Source: an uncultured Bacteroidota bacterium (lineage in GTDB: Bacteria; Bacteroidota; Bacteroidia; Chitinophagales; Saprospiraceae). From it: a stretch of 62,430 bases of DNA. Location: positions 1 to 62,430 of the forward strand of contig CAILQK010000258.1 in assembly GCA_903836265.1 (NCBI GenBank), written 5' to 3'. Positions 37,480 to 48,322 of the stretch are shown here, piece by piece (positions within the stretch are counted from its first letter, which is position 1; each line of letters starts with the position of its first letter). The notes under the pieces are model-generated. The model saw nothing but the letters and a program-made list of their open reading frames with translations, was not told the DNA's origin and did no database searches. A program made the translations under genes and the position numbers.

Positions 37480-40400
37480 TTACTGTACCTCCACCCATTT
37501 CCCCGGCACACTGGCCCGAATCCTGTTGTCGTACATGGCAGCACAGGAAACCGGGGCCAGGTAGTATCTGCCGGAATAGGCAGCATTGAGCAATACCCTG
37601 TACACCTTCGGACGCTGATTGTCCGAATCGCCACCGCGGAATGGCAGATCAAAATAGGTCATCACGCGGTCATCACGTATATCCTGATACTCGGGGGTTG
37701 AGGTGCCCGGGGTCGAATCACCCGCTGGATTCATCCGGGTATTCACAATTTCCCATCCGGAAGGGAACACCTGCACAAGCGCCATCTCGTTGAAATCAAA
37801 GAGCAGGTCGGCAGAGCGCCTCACCGTAACTTCGGCTACAAAATCTGTTCCCTGTGCAATCTTTGACGGATCAATTTCCGCACCTGCCATATTGGTATAT
37901 CGCACGTTGAGTGCTACATTTGATGCCTCCGTCTGGCTGCTGCCCGTTGCTGTACGACCGCTGTACACTGTACGCACGTAAAGTTTTTTCCCGGAAGTAT
38001 TTCTGACAGTTACAGCACCCGACTCGCCGGTGATATTGTATATATAATATGGTGTACCGGAGGCCACCGGAATATCCCGGGCGCCTGCCTTCAGGGTAAA
38101 TGCCGGTTTTTCATTGAGGGCTCCACCCTGAATAAACCTGGCCAGTGCCCTCAGGCTGGTAGCAACTTCCTGTGTTGAATACCAGGCTGACACATTTCCG
38201 ATCATGGAAGCCACCTGTACTGCCACCTCTGCACCCCGCTGATTATCGCCTGCCACAGTCAGTGTTTCCAGCCTGAGTGCCAGATCGCGAAGACTGGAAC
38301 CATAGGTTTCGCCCCACCAGTCGTAATTGAAAACTTTGGTGGATCTGTCGTTCAGCAGATCCCTGGCCGCCTCTTTTCTCCCGGTAAACGCATAGGCAGC
38401 AGCGAGCAGGTTGGAGGAAGTCTGATATTTGTTCCGTGTTTCCTTCAACCTGTTCATACCCGGCACATCGGGTTTTTGAGCAAGCGCCAGCGTGTATAAT
38501 CTGTATGCCTGAGCCAGTTCCACATCATGCAGACTGCTCTCATCCCGGTTATCGTTGAAAACAGGTTCCCAAAGCCGGGAAGTTTTAGTCTGATAATCAA
38601 GCCATCTGGAGAGGAGCTGATCGGGAACAGAATAGCCTTTGGAACGCGCCTCCAGCAGAAAATGCCCTGCATAGGTACCGGCCCAGTCTGCAGCCTGTGT
38701 TCCTCCGGGCCAGTATGAAAATGCGCCGGAAGGAAGCTGGAACGACTGCAAACGTGTTATTGCAGCTCTGATATTCCGCTCGGTTTCCTGCTTCTGCTGC
38801 ACAGTAAGTGGAGCAATTATATCAACATACAGCTGTGGGAACGCTGCGGAAGTTACCTGCTCGACACATCCGTGCGGGTAAGTAACAAGATAGTCCAGCT
38901 GTTTCGACAGATTCACCGGGGGAACACTGCTGATCTCCAGATTCACACTGGTGATATCCGTCAGATCATCCGGCCTGGCGGGCATAGTCCAGGTCTTGCC
39001 CGGCTCCACCACCTCCTCTGCAATGCGGGTAACAGCAGGATTGGGATTTCTGATTTCCACTTCAATATCGGTGGTAGCCGACTCTCCGCCCCCTTCGGCC
39101 GAGACATTGAAACGGGCCCTGCCGGTTTTCTGGCCCACTTTCAGATTAAAAAAGGCCATTTTATTTCCGGGTTCACTGAACGTCAGGCTGGTGAATCCGG
39201 CTCCTTCCACACTCACCAGTCCGGATTTCTCCCTCACCGAAACAGTGGCATTCTGCACATTTTTTTCCATGGCGAATACATCCACCGGCAGCCTCAGTGT
39301 TTCACCGGGGCCGAGTATACGCGGGAGTGTGGGCAAAATCATGAGTGGCTTCCTGACTGCAACTGTTTTTTCGGCACTGCCATGAGCACCGGCAACTCCG
39401 GCCCTTGCGGGGTCGCACAAAACGGCCATCACCCGCACCGAACCAACATAATTGTCAATTTTAACCCTGTGCCGTGCAACCTGCCCCTTGCCGAGACGGA
39501 ATGGTCCCAGATGTATTACGGCAGGTTTAAACCGGTTCACCGAGGCCGGTTTGGCCTTCACATTGATACCATCGCCCCCGACAGCAAGAATTCTGTCGAG
39601 TTCAATGGCATAGGCGCCGAGCACAAAATCATACACATCCCAGGTTTTCACACCAAGAGCCTCACGGGCGTTGAATGCCTCCCAGGGATCGGGCGTCCTG
39701 AACCGGGTAAGATCGAGCAGCCCTTCATCCACAATATCAATGGTATAAGTACAGTCCTTGCTCCCAAGCTCCCGGAGCGAGACATTAAAGTATTCACCCG
39801 GCCTGACCGTTTCCGGCATATCAATCAGAGCCTGAAGTCGTGAAGACTGATTTTCCACCTGTACAGGTATTACGCCGTACATACGTATCGGCAGATCATT
39901 GACTGTCTGGGCATGTGGTTGCAGCAGGCTCACGTGTGCATACACCGTGGGTGCCATGGAGGCGTCGGCCCTGAAACTGATGAGGTTATCTCCTGCTTTG
40001 GCATCGAACCAGAAGTGCTTCGCTACCCTGCTGCCCGTTTCAAGTGTAAGCAGAATACGGCCCTGTTCGCTGGCCGGCACTTTCAGCGTCACCATTTCAC
40101 CGGAGTTGTATTTTTCCCTGTCTGCAGTGAGCGGGAGCATGGCTGCCGCATTTCTGCTCGCCATGTCGTACTGGTCTTCGGGGTATCCGGTCCAGAAGAA
40201 ATCGCCTCCGGCATGTTCACCCCTGGCATCAGTAACCCGTACCAGATATCTGCCCCAGCCGGCCGGCCGCACCTTCCATGTTGCCTGCCCGCGACTGTTT
40301 GTCACAAGCTGAGCCTGTGCGATGGCGTTATTCATCTCGCCATAATTAAAATTACCCACCCCGCTATTGTCATTTTCGTCCCACCACCAGCGCCAGTCCA

Positions 40401-43146
40401 CCCGGTAAAGCGCCACATTCAGCGACTGGCCGGCCAGCGGGTTGCCATTTTTGTCAACCATGGCAAAAGTGACATCTCCGCCTTTTTCGTCGAATATTTT
40501 TGATCCCCAGCGGTTCGCAGGAATAAACACACCCACATAGCGATCGTAGGGAGAAATCTCAATATTGAAATTGTCTGTGCTGAAATCACCACCCTGTTCG
40601 AAGGCACGCACCTTGAAGTTGGCCGTGAGCTTGCCCGGCGATTCCTTCATCTGGCCAATTTTAAGCGGAACTTTGGCCGTTCCATTCTGATCAACCATTC
40701 CGTCAAAAAGCACCTCAGGTTCCGAGGAAAAATATCGTGACGGGTCGTCGAAACAAAAATCCCGGTAGCGGACAAACCCGGTTTTTTTGACATTGACCGA
40801 CATTTCAACTTTGGCCTTGAGCCCCCTGGCCACGGCGCCATGCAGCCAGTTGACACGCAGTGAACCCTGCAATCCGCTGTCATCATCACCGGTAGCGAAA
40901 TCACCCGATTCCAACACATTTTTACCGAAATTGAGATCGAGTTTGAGACGATTGGGCTTTACCGTTTCAATTTTAACCGTTCTGGAGAAAGTTGCTCCGC
41001 CAACCATTACCTTGCACATCCAGTTTCCGGTGGGCGCATCGGCCCCTGTAGCGAAATAAAACGGGAATACTCCGTTGACGCCCTCTGTCAGCGTGCGGCG
41101 GAACTGCATGGCTCCGCGACTGTCAGACACTTCCATGGTTACGGGGTGCCCGACAGGCAGGCGGCCCGATTTGTCCTCCAGAACAAAATTCAGGAACAGC
41201 GAGTCTCCGGGGCGCCATACTCCCCGCTCTCCATAGATGTAGCCCCTGAGTCCACGCTGAGGTTCCACCCCTGCCACGTCGAAACGGCTCAGCGACAGTG
41301 CACCGCCATCAGCCATGCGCAGGTATCCCCTGCTGGCGCCATCACTGGCAACCGCCAGGAAAGGCCGGGTGACAAGCCCTTCAAGCATCACCGTTCCGTC
41401 CTCGCCAGTTCTGGATTTCAGGATAGTCTGTAACTGATAATCAAGCAATTCTATTTCAAGGTTGCTGATCGGACGGGTGGTATGAAGGTCATTCACAGCC
41501 AGAAAGAGTGATCCGTCGCGACCAAGCTTGCCCGTGAGACCGAGATTGCTCACAAACACATTGCGCCGCGCAAAGTGTTCCGCGTTGTAATACTCCAGGG
41601 CACAAGGTTCACTTTGTCTCCCCCAGTCATACGCAGCCGGGTTGTCATTGTCATCGTCGGCCCACCACCACGGATCATCATCAGCCCAGTAAATACCGCG
41701 ATCACCTCCCATAATACTCCTCTTCACACCATAATCGTCGGTTTGTTCCCGTTCAAAGGCCGGTACCGACTGACCGCTGCTCCCACAGGAAGTATAGTCG
41801 CGGCGGAAAGCAACCCTGACCTGATAGATAGCCCCCGGGTCTTTCCGGATCATCTCACCCAGATCGAAGGCATATCGCTGCCACACACTTTTAATGGCAT
41901 TTGGATTCAGGGCTGTCAGATCAATTTTCTTCTGAAGAACAATTTTTCCAACCCGTTCGAGTTCCTGACTGCCTTCCAGCTCGTTGACCTGCAGGAATTG
42001 CAAAATGTTTGAATTGTAAATTTTGAAAATCTCCACATCCACGGCATTCAGTCCGACAGCCTCAAAAGGGAAGAGTACCGAACCATTCTCCTGTGAAGGG
42101 ATAATGGAACCCCTGCCCACCAGCCTCACCTCAGGGCCGAGATCCTGAAAGTTCAGTGCAGCCGTATAACCTGCAGTCAGATTTTTACCCGCAATATTGC
42201 GCACCGCCACATCTATGGTCAGGGTCTGCTCTCCAACAATTCGCTGGGCCGGATAAATGCGGACAAAATTGCCGTTTACAACAAATTTGAGATCTCCCTG
42301 GTATTCACTCAGGCGGATGAGACCGCTCAAATCCTGACCGGGGGTAACGGGGTCACTGAAATTGACAAGAATATACTGCTCCTCCAGCTGTACGACTGCT
42401 GCCGAAAGTACCGAGAACTCGTCCCGGGGAGCCACAATCTGGATATCCTCGCCCGTCTGACCGGAACCCAGCGATTCTCCGTTCCAGGAAAGTTTCACTT
42501 CCGACCGGTCGGCCGAGCGCCTCACGCCCTCTACCGTCCAGGCGTATGTCCTGTTACCTTCGCCCGGCGTCCAGCTCACCTGCAGTGCCCTTCCGGCCTG
42601 GCGGGCCAGCAGCATCTTTTCCACTTTGACAGCATCACAGGGCTCATTGATGTGCACAACTCCTGTCACCTTTTGAACAGACAAATCGTCGGGTTCACTG
42701 TTGATTCCATCGCGCTGAACACGAAAAGAGAGTTCCCTGACTCTGAAATCATATTCAAATATGTCTGCATATCCGGGCACATCAGGATAAATTTCATCTA
42801 GTGCCAGCCTGGCGGAGTATTTTACCCCGACAGGAAGCGGTTGTTCGGGCCTGAACAAAATAGTATGATCATCCTCCCATACTGCACTGCCCCTGATTGC
42901 AGGCGAGATACTGAATATCCGGGCCGGTACCGGCTGGCCGGTCTGAGCCTTGCTCACAGCAGGATTGACAAACCTGACCCGAAGCGGTTCTGAACTGTTG
43001 ACAGCACCACCCGTATAGGCATATACATAACGGGCCACCGTCTCATAATAGCGTTCGTCTTTCACAATGCGGCTGACCTGGTACCAGTAAACAAGGGCAG
43101 AAAGGGCGAGAAGGGATACAACAAGGGAAGAAAGGTGTTTTTTCAT
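37480..43146 (-). CDS. bacterial alpha-2-macroglobulin family protein with an intact thioester motif
   Basis: 1888 aa. YPHGCVEQ (CxEQ thioester) is encoded with CVEQ at 38857..38868. It has an MG-domain-rich beta architecture and an N-terminal signal-anchor helix without a lipobox Cys. Confidence 0.9.
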   Translation of the reverse strand: MKKHLSSLVVSLLALSALVYWYQVSRIVKDERYYETVARYVYAYTGGAVNSSEPLRVRFVNPAVSKAQTGQPVPARIFSISPAIRGSAVWEDDHTILFRPEQPLPVGVKYSARLALDEIYPDVPGYADIFEYDFRVRELSFRVQRDGINSEPDDLSVQKVTGVVHINEPCDAVKVEKMLLARQAGRALQVSWTPGEGNRTYAWTVEGVRRSADRSEVKLSWNGESLGSGQTGEDIQIVAPRDEFSVLSAAVVQLEEQYILVNFSDPVTPGQDLSGLIRLSEYQGDLKFVVNGNFVRIYPAQRIVGEQTLTIDVAVRNIAGKNLTAGYTAALNFQDLGPEVRLVGRGSIIPSQENGSVLFPFEAVGLNAVDVEIFKIYNSNILQFLQVNELEGSQELERVGKIVLQKKIDLTALNPNAIKSVWQRYAFDLGEMIRKDPGAIYQVRVAFRRDYTSCGSSGQSVPAFEREQTDDYGVKRSIMGGDRGIYWADDDPWWWADDDNDNPAAYDWGRQSEPCALEYYNAEHFARRNVFVSNLGLTGKLGRDGSLFLAVNDLHTTRPISNLEIELLDYQLQTILKSRTGEDGTVMLEGLVTRPFLAVASDGASRGYLRMADGGALSLSRFDVAGVEPQRGLRGYIYGERGVWRPGDSLFLNFVLEDKSGRLPVGHPVTMEVSDSRGAMQFRRTLTEGVNGVFPFYFATGADAPTGNWMCKVMVGGATFSRTVKIETVKPNRLKLDLNFGKNVLESGDFATGDDDSGLQGSLRVNWLHGAVARGLKAKVEMSVNVKKTGFVRYRDFCFDDPSRYFSSEPEVLFDGMVDQNGTAKVPLKIGQMKESPGKLTANFKVRAFEQGGDFSTDNFNIEISPYDRYVGVFIPANRWGSKIFDEKGGDVTFAMVDKNGNPLAGQSLNVALYRVDWRWWWDENDNSGVGNFNYGEMNNAIAQAQLVTNSRGQATWKVRPAGWGRYLVRVTDARGEHAGGDFFWTGYPEDQYDMASRNAAAMLPLTADREKYNSGEMVTLKVPASEQGRILLTLETGSRVAKHFWFDAKAGDNLISFRADASMAPTVYAHVSLLQPHAQTVNDLPIRMYGVIPVQVENQSSRLQALIDMPETVRPGEYFNVSLRELGSKDCTYTIDIVDEGLLDLTRFRTPDPWEAFNAREALGVKTWDVYDFVLGAYAIELDRILAVGGDGINVKAKPASVNRFKPAVIHLGPFRLGKGQVARHRVKIDNYVGSVRVMAVLCDPARAGVAGAHGSAEKTVAVRKPLMILPTLPRILGPGETLRLPVDVFAMEKNVQNATVSVREKSGLVSVEGAGFTSLTFSEPGNKMAFFNLKVGQKTGRARFNVSAEGGGESATTDIEVEIRNPNPAVTRIAEEVVEPGKTWTMPARPDDLTDITSVNLEISSVPPVNLSKQLDYLVTYPHGCVEQVTSAAFPQLYVDIIAPLTVQQKQETERNIRAAITRLQSFQLPSGAFSYWPGGTQAADWAGTYAGHFLLEARSKGYSVPDQLLSRWLDYQTKTSRLWEPVFNDNRDESSLHDVELAQAYRLYTLALAQKPDVPGMNRLKETRNKYQTSSNLLAAAYAFTGRKEAARDLLNDRSTKVFNYDWWGETYGSSLRDLALRLETLTVAGDNQRGAEVAVQVASMIGNVSAWYSTQEVATSLRALARFIQGGALNEKPAFTLKAGARDIPVASGTPYYIYNITGESGAVTVRNTSGKKLYVRTVYSGRTATGSSQTEASNVALNVRYTNMAGAEIDPSKIAQGTDFVAEVTVRRSADLLFDFNEMALVQVFPSGWEIVNTRMNPAGDSTPGTSTPEYQDIRDDRVMTYFDLPFRGGDSDNQRPKVYRVLLNAAYSGRYYLAPVSCAAMYDNRIRASVPGKWVEVQ

Positions 43147-43360
43147 TTCAGTGGTTTTTAATATGTGAATATTCCAGCAGACATGGCCGTTTTATCAGCA
43201 ATAAATGTACTGGTAATCAACGAAAAAAATTGTTAAATATTAAAGTGCAACAATGAGCGGCAAATTCGCGTTTTAATATAGTTCATTGTTGAATTCGCAT
43301 CCTGTGTCGTTTCAGATTGACCCGGTTGTAGAATTCAGCAAATTTTCGCCTGTTGTTCAG

Positions 43361-43368
43361 TATCTTTG
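43361..43368 (+). promoter_or_regulatory. candidate -7 box (TATCTTTG) upstream of lpxD
   Basis: Matches TAnnTTTG and lies about 49 nt upstream of the ATG at 43417. Confidence 0.3.
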
Positions 43369-43416
43369 CGACAGCCAATCGTTCATTCATCAACCAGCCC
43401 TACCTCCATATCCGGC

Positions 43417-44487
43417 ATGAGCTACACTGCCGCTGAAATAGCAAAAATCATTGACGGCTTGATTGAAGGCGATCCGGATGCAAGGGTCAGTCGTCCCGCC
43501 CGCATCGAGGAAGCCCTGGATGGCGACTTCGCTTTTCTGGATAATCCCCGCTATGAGTCGCACGCATACAGCACTCAGGCGAGCATTCTGCTGGTACACC
43601 ACTCATTCTCCCCTCCTCATCCGGTAAAATCCACCCTGATACGTGTTGACAATGTACGCGGATCACTGGTGAAACTCCTGCCGCTGTTCGACTCGGCAAC
43701 AAGCAGGCGTCATCCGGATGAAGCATCCCGTTCGCACATACACCCGAGTGCGCGCGTGGGAGCGGGCACGTCTGTAGGCGCTTTCGCAGTGATTGAGGAA
43801 GGCGCTGTTATCGGAAGCAACTGCACCATTTATCCCCAGGTATTTATTGGCAGAAACGCCCGAATCGGCGACGGGGTCCGGCTGTACCCCGGGGTCAAGA
43901 TTCACTTCGACTGTGTTGTAGGCGACAACTGCGTACTGCATGCGAATGCCGTTATTGGCGCCGACGGCTTCGGGTTTGCTCCCCAGCGCGACGGCTCCTG
44001 GTCAAAAGTGCCACAACTGGGGAATGTTGTCATAGAAAACGATGTAGAAATAGGCGCCTGTACCTGTATTGACCGTGCATCCATGGGAAGTACAGTTATA
44101 CGTCAGGGCGTCAAGTTCGACAACCTGATTCACATCGCCCACAATGTCGAAGTAGGCAGCAATTCGGTACTCGCTGCACAGGTTGGGGTAGCGGGAAGCA
44201 CCCGTTTGGGCCAAAACCTGCAGGTTGGCGGACAGGCCGGCTTCTCCGGTCATATTACTGTGGCCAATGGTACAAAAATTCAGGCACAGAGCGGTCTGGC
44301 ATCCAGTATTGAAGAGCCTGATACAGCCGTATTCGGAAGTCCCGCCATAGGATACAAGGATTTTATCAGATCACATGTAATCTTCAAACACCTTCCCGAT
44401 TTGCAGCGCCGGCTGGCCGAACTGGAAAAAAGATTGCGTGAACTGGAGAACACCGCACCTTCGGAATCGTACAGAAAGTCATCCTGA
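43417..44487 (+). CDS. lpxD: UDP-3-O-(3-hydroxyacyl)glucosamine N-acyltransferase
   Basis: [14 protein letters not shown]..., left-handed beta-helix hexapeptide repeats, a GFGFAP segment and a C-terminal helical tail. The ORF was trimmed to the ATG at 43417. Confidence 0.85.
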   Translation: MSYTAAEIAKIIDGLIEGDPDARVSRPARIEEALDGDFAFLDNPRYESHAYSTQASILLVHHSFSPPHPVKSTLIRVDNVRGSLVKLLPLFDSATSRRHPDEASRSHIHPSARVGAGTSVGAFAVIEEGAVIGSNCTIYPQVFIGRNARIGDGVRLYPGVKIHFDCVVGDNCVLHANAVIGADGFGFAPQRDGSWSKVPQLGNVVIENDVEIGACTCIDRASMGSTVIRQGVKFDNLIHIAHNVEVGSNSVLAAQVGVAGSTRLGQNLQVGGQAGFSGHITVANGTKIQAQSGLASSIEEPDTAVFGSPAIGYKDFIRSHVIFKHLPDLQRRLAELEKRLRELENTAPSESYRKSS

Positions 44488-44546
44488 CATTCGGCTGACA
44501 ACACTGGTTTCGTTTTTTTCGCGTACATTCGCGTCAGATCTTCCTT

Positions 44547-45860
44547 ATGTATCTGACCAATCGCTTCTTCTGGTTTGCCGGTGCTGTCATAGCGCTTTTC
44601 GGAGTGTCCTATCCGCTGGGCTGGCTGTTCCCGCTGGCACAAACCGGGCTCGCAGCGCTCATTTTTCTGACTTCAGGTGATCTTTTCGTATTGTTCTACA
44701 GGCGACCGCAAGTAGGCGCGCGCCGAAATACAGCATCCATATTTTCCCTGGGCGATCCCAACACGGTAATTATCAGCGTTGAGAATATGTCGTCGCTGAA
44801 CCTTCATGCCAGCATCACAGACGAACTGCCGGTACAGTTCCAGATCCGTAACTTCAGCATCTCGCAATGGCTGGCACCTGGAGAGAAATACTTTCTGGAG
44901 CACAAATTGACTCCTCTTTCGCGCGGCACTTACAGATTCGGCCATATCAATATATTTGTTACCACGCGGCTGGGGCTCGCCGAACGGCGCCTGAAAGAAT
45001 GGAAAGAAGAAGAGGTCAGGGTATATCCCTCCATTATTCAGATGAAACGCTTCGAGTTGCGCGCCACCAAACAGATTGCGCACGAAACCGGCGTCAAAAA
45101 AATGCGCCGCCTCGGGCACTCCTACGAATTCGAGCAAATCAAAAACTACGTACCCGGCGACGATTACAGGAGTGTCAACTGGAAGGCATCGGGCCGGAGA
45201 GGTACCATCATGGTTAACCAGTACGAGGATGAAAGGAGCCAGCAGATTTACTGTCTTATTGACAAAAGCAGGGTCATGCGCATGCCTTTCGAGGGACTGA
45301 GTCTGATGGACTACGCTATCAATACCTCGCTGGCAATCAGCAATATTGTACTGAAAAAGCAGGACAAAGCCGGCCTGATTACCTTTTCGGACGTAATCGG
45401 GGCCACGATCAAGGCGGAGCGGAAGGCAGGGCAGCTAAACAAGATTCTTGAGGCCCTCTACAAGGAGAAAGAACGGAAGGGCGAGGCGAACTATGAACTG
45501 ATGTACGAGGCGATGAGCCGCCTGATCAATGTCAGGTCGCTGCTGCTGCTGTTCACCAATTTTGAGAGTCATTATGCGCTTGAACGCGCACTTCCCACCC
45601 TCAGGCGACTCAACAGGCAGCATCTGCTGGTGGTTGTATTTTTTGAAAACACGGAAATCCGCAAACTGGCGGGAGAGCCCGTGGAAAAAACGACTGATAT
45701 TTTCCGACAAACAATAGCCCGCCAGTTTTTGCTGGATAAAAGGGAAATGGTGTACAAATTGCGGCAGTACGGCATACAGGCAGTTCTGACAAGGCCACAG
45801 GATCTTACGCTTGACACCATTAACAAGTACCTGGAACTAAAATCCAGGGGGCTCATTTAG
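44547..45860 (+). CDS. DUF58 domain protein (vWA-like, MoxR-associated family) with N-terminal TM helices
   Basis: The hallmark segment EFEQIKNYVPGDDYRSVNWKASGRRGTIMVNQYEDERSQ is present. Confidence 0.8.
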   Translation: MYLTNRFFWFAGAVIALFGVSYPLGWLFPLAQTGLAALIFLTSGDLFVLFYRRPQVGARRNTASIFSLGDPNTVIISVENMSSLNLHASITDELPVQFQIRNFSISQWLAPGEKYFLEHKLTPLSRGTYRFGHINIFVTTRLGLAERRLKEWKEEEVRVYPSIIQMKRFELRATKQIAHETGVKKMRRLGHSYEFEQIKNYVPGDDYRSVNWKASGRRGTIMVNQYEDERSQQIYCLIDKSRVMRMPFEGLSLMDYAINTSLAISNIVLKKQDKAGLITFSDVIGATIKAERKAGQLNKILEALYKEKERKGEANYELMYEAMSRLINVRSLLLLFTNFESHYALERALPTLRRLNRQHLLVVVFFENTEIRKLAGEPVEKTTDIFRQTIARQFLLDKREMVYKLRQYGIQAVLTRPQDLTLDTINKYLELKSRGLI

Positions 45861-45867
45861 AGCACCG

Positions 45868-46920
45868 CTAAAGTCCGATTATTTTTTTGATCAGTTCCTC
45901 ATCAATGGCCCCGCCGGCGAAGTCGTCAAATGCCCTTTCGGTAACTTTGATGATGTGATCCCCGATGAACGGAGCACCCTCTGCAGCACCCTGTTCGGCA
46001 TCCTTGATGCAACATTCCCACTCCAGTACAGCCCATCCGTCGTAGTTGTACTGGGCCAGCTTGGAGAAAATGGAAGAGAAATCCACCTGTCCGTCGCCCA
46101 GCGAACGGAAGCGGCCGGGCCTGTCAATCCAGTCCTGATATCCTCCGTAAACACCGCTGCGACCTGTTGCGTTGAACTCTGCGTCCTTCACATGGAACAT
46201 TTTGATGCGTTCGTGGTAGAAATCAATATACTGCAGATAATCGAGTTGCTGCAGGACGAAGTGGGAGGGGTCGTACAGAATATTGCAGCGCGTGTGGTTG
46301 TCAACAGCAGCGAGGAAACGCTCGAAGGTGGCGCCATCGTGGAGATCCTCACCCGGGTGAATCTCGTAACAAAGATCAACACCGGCCTCATCGAAGACAT
46401 CCAGGATAGGCCTCCAGCGGTTTGCCAGTTCCCTGAAGCCGGCTTCCACCAGTCCTTTCGGGCGTTGTGGCCACGGGTAAACAGTATGCCATATCAGCGC
46501 ACCGGAAAAAGTTGCATGGGCATCAAGCCCGAGGTTCCGGCTGGCTTTTGCCGCATTTTTCAGCGTCTGAACAGCCCATTCCGTGCGCGCAGGAGGGTTC
46601 CCGCGCAGATGTTCGGGGGCAAATGCATCGAACATAAGATCATAGGCCGGGTGTACAGCAACAAGCTGGCCTTGCAGATGCGTTGACAGCTCAGTGATCT
46701 CTACTCCGCAGGCTTCCACACGACCGCGCAGATCATCGCAATAATCCTTACTTTGCGCCGCCTTTTCGAGGTCAATCAGCCGGCTGTCCCAGGTGGGAAT
46801 CTGAACACCGACATAGCCGAGCGAGGCTGCCCAGCGACAAACACTTTCCAGAGAATTGAAAGGCGCCCGGTCGCCCATGAACTGTGCAAGAAAAATAGCT
46901 GGTCCCTTTATTGTTGTCAT
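45868..46920 (-). CDS. sugar phosphate isomerase/epimerase (xylose-isomerase-like TIM barrel) family protein
   Basis: Pattern typical of AP_endonuc_2 TIM barrels (..CYEIHPGEDL.., ..FHVKDAEF.., ..VLEWE..). The ATG at 46920 is preferred over the TTG at 46941. Confidence 0.65.
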   Translation of the reverse strand: MTTIKGPAIFLAQFMGDRAPFNSLESVCRWAASLGYVGVQIPTWDSRLIDLEKAAQSKDYCDDLRGRVEACGVEITELSTHLQGQLVAVHPAYDLMFDAFAPEHLRGNPPARTEWAVQTLKNAAKASRNLGLDAHATFSGALIWHTVYPWPQRPKGLVEAGFRELANRWRPILDVFDEAGVDLCYEIHPGEDLHDGATFERFLAAVDNHTRCNILYDPSHFVLQQLDYLQYIDFYHERIKMFHVKDAEFNATGRSGVYGGYQDWIDRPGRFRSLGDGQVDFSSIFSKLAQYNYDGWAVLEWECCIKDAEQGAAEGAPFIGDHIIKVTERAFDDFAGGAIDEELIKKIIGL

Positions 46921-47124
46921 AGCAATCAAAGTTAATGGCAAGTGAACGGCAAACTTCCATTATTTTTTTGAAAACTGTTAGCAGAAATTGAAAACTCATT
47001 GGGAATTTTAACAAAATTTGTCTTTCCTGTAACATCATTTAATAGAATATACACTTCCAACACCCTCATCTTTCAGCCAGAAATACCCTCAAAAGCCGAA
47101 AAACATCAGAAAAAACGAAATTCA

Positions 47125-48321
47125 ATGAGAGCATCATCCCTTTTCCTGTCAATCCTGATTTTACTTTCGGGTGCATTTTTTTCATGTCATTCTGCCATCA
47201 AACTTACAGAGAGCGGCGACTATGATGGCGCTATTGATCTCTGCATACGCAATCTGCGGGGCAAGAGTTCCAAGAAACTGAAGTATGTTCAGGGACTTGA
47301 GCTGGCATTTTCAAAGGCGCAGGAGCGTGACACGGATGCGATAGCGTCGCTCAAATCGGGTGGCCGTGGTGAAAGCTGGATACGCATCAACGAGATTCAC
47401 CAGGATATCAGGCGCCGGCAGGAGAAAATAAAGCCGTTGCTCCCGCTGAAGGCAGAAACCGGCTATCAGGCTCAGTTCTATATGCTGGATATCGGTTCCA
47501 TGGAAAATGACAGTCGCGTCAGGGCAGCTGATTACCTGTATTCAAGGGCGGAAGCGCTTGTTGAGAAAGGGGAAAAGGGCAACAAACTGGCTGCACGCGA
47601 GGCCTGTGATGTACTGAATGATCTGTCGGTGCGCTACTACCGCGGCGAGTACAGAGAAAAAGACGCACTGCTGAAAAGGGCCAGGGAACTGGGCACCTCC
47701 TATGTACTTGTCGAACTGAAAAATCAGTCGGGCCATCCGCTGGGTGATTTGTTCAGAGACAGGCTCCTGTCGGTACCCCCGAGGGATCTGGATACCGAGT
47801 GGCGGGAGTTTTACTTTGATGCCAAAGAGGGCGAATACTTTGACTACAAGGTCAGTGTTGCCATCAGAACCGTTGAAATAAGTCCGGAGCGCCTGAACGA
47901 ACGCAACTACGACGACGAGAAGCGCGTGGAAGACGGATGGGAATACGTGCTCGACCAGCGGGGTAACGTGCTGAAGGATTCGCTTGGAAACGATGTAAAG
48001 CGAACAAAATACTCCGTTATAAAGGCTCAGGTCAAGGAGGTACAGCAAACCAAGGCAACCCGCCTGACGGCACGTGCCACCGTCATGGACGAGCGCACCG
48101 GAAGTACGCTTGACAGCCACGACATGGGTACCGAGATTCTTTTCGAGCACTACGCGGCCACTTTCAGGGGCGATGAGCGGGCACTCAGCAAAGAATCCAG
48201 ATCTCGTATAGGAAATGCGCCCGCACCGTTCCCGCGCGATGCGGACATGCTGCTGCAGGCGGCCGACCGAATGAAGCCCGATCTGGTGAACTGGCTGCGG
48301 TGTTGCAGGGGAATACTGTAG
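47125..48321 (+). CDS. hypothetical lipoprotein (398 aa)
   Basis: ORF trimmed to MRASSLFLSILILLSGAFFSC (lipobox). No family motif recognised. Confidence 0.55.
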   Translation: MRASSLFLSILILLSGAFFSCHSAIKLTESGDYDGAIDLCIRNLRGKSSKKLKYVQGLELAFSKAQERDTDAIASLKSGGRGESWIRINEIHQDIRRRQEKIKPLLPLKAETGYQAQFYMLDIGSMENDSRVRAADYLYSRAEALVEKGEKGNKLAAREACDVLNDLSVRYYRGEYREKDALLKRARELGTSYVLVELKNQSGHPLGDLFRDRLLSVPPRDLDTEWREFYFDAKEGEYFDYKVSVAIRTVEISPERLNERNYDDEKRVEDGWEYVLDQRGNVLKDSLGNDVKRTKYSVIKAQVKEVQQTKATRLTARATVMDERTGSTLDSHDMGTEILFEHYAATFRGDERALSKESRSRIGNAPAPFPRDADMLLQAADRMKPDLVNWLRCCRGIL

Positions 48322-48322
48322 C

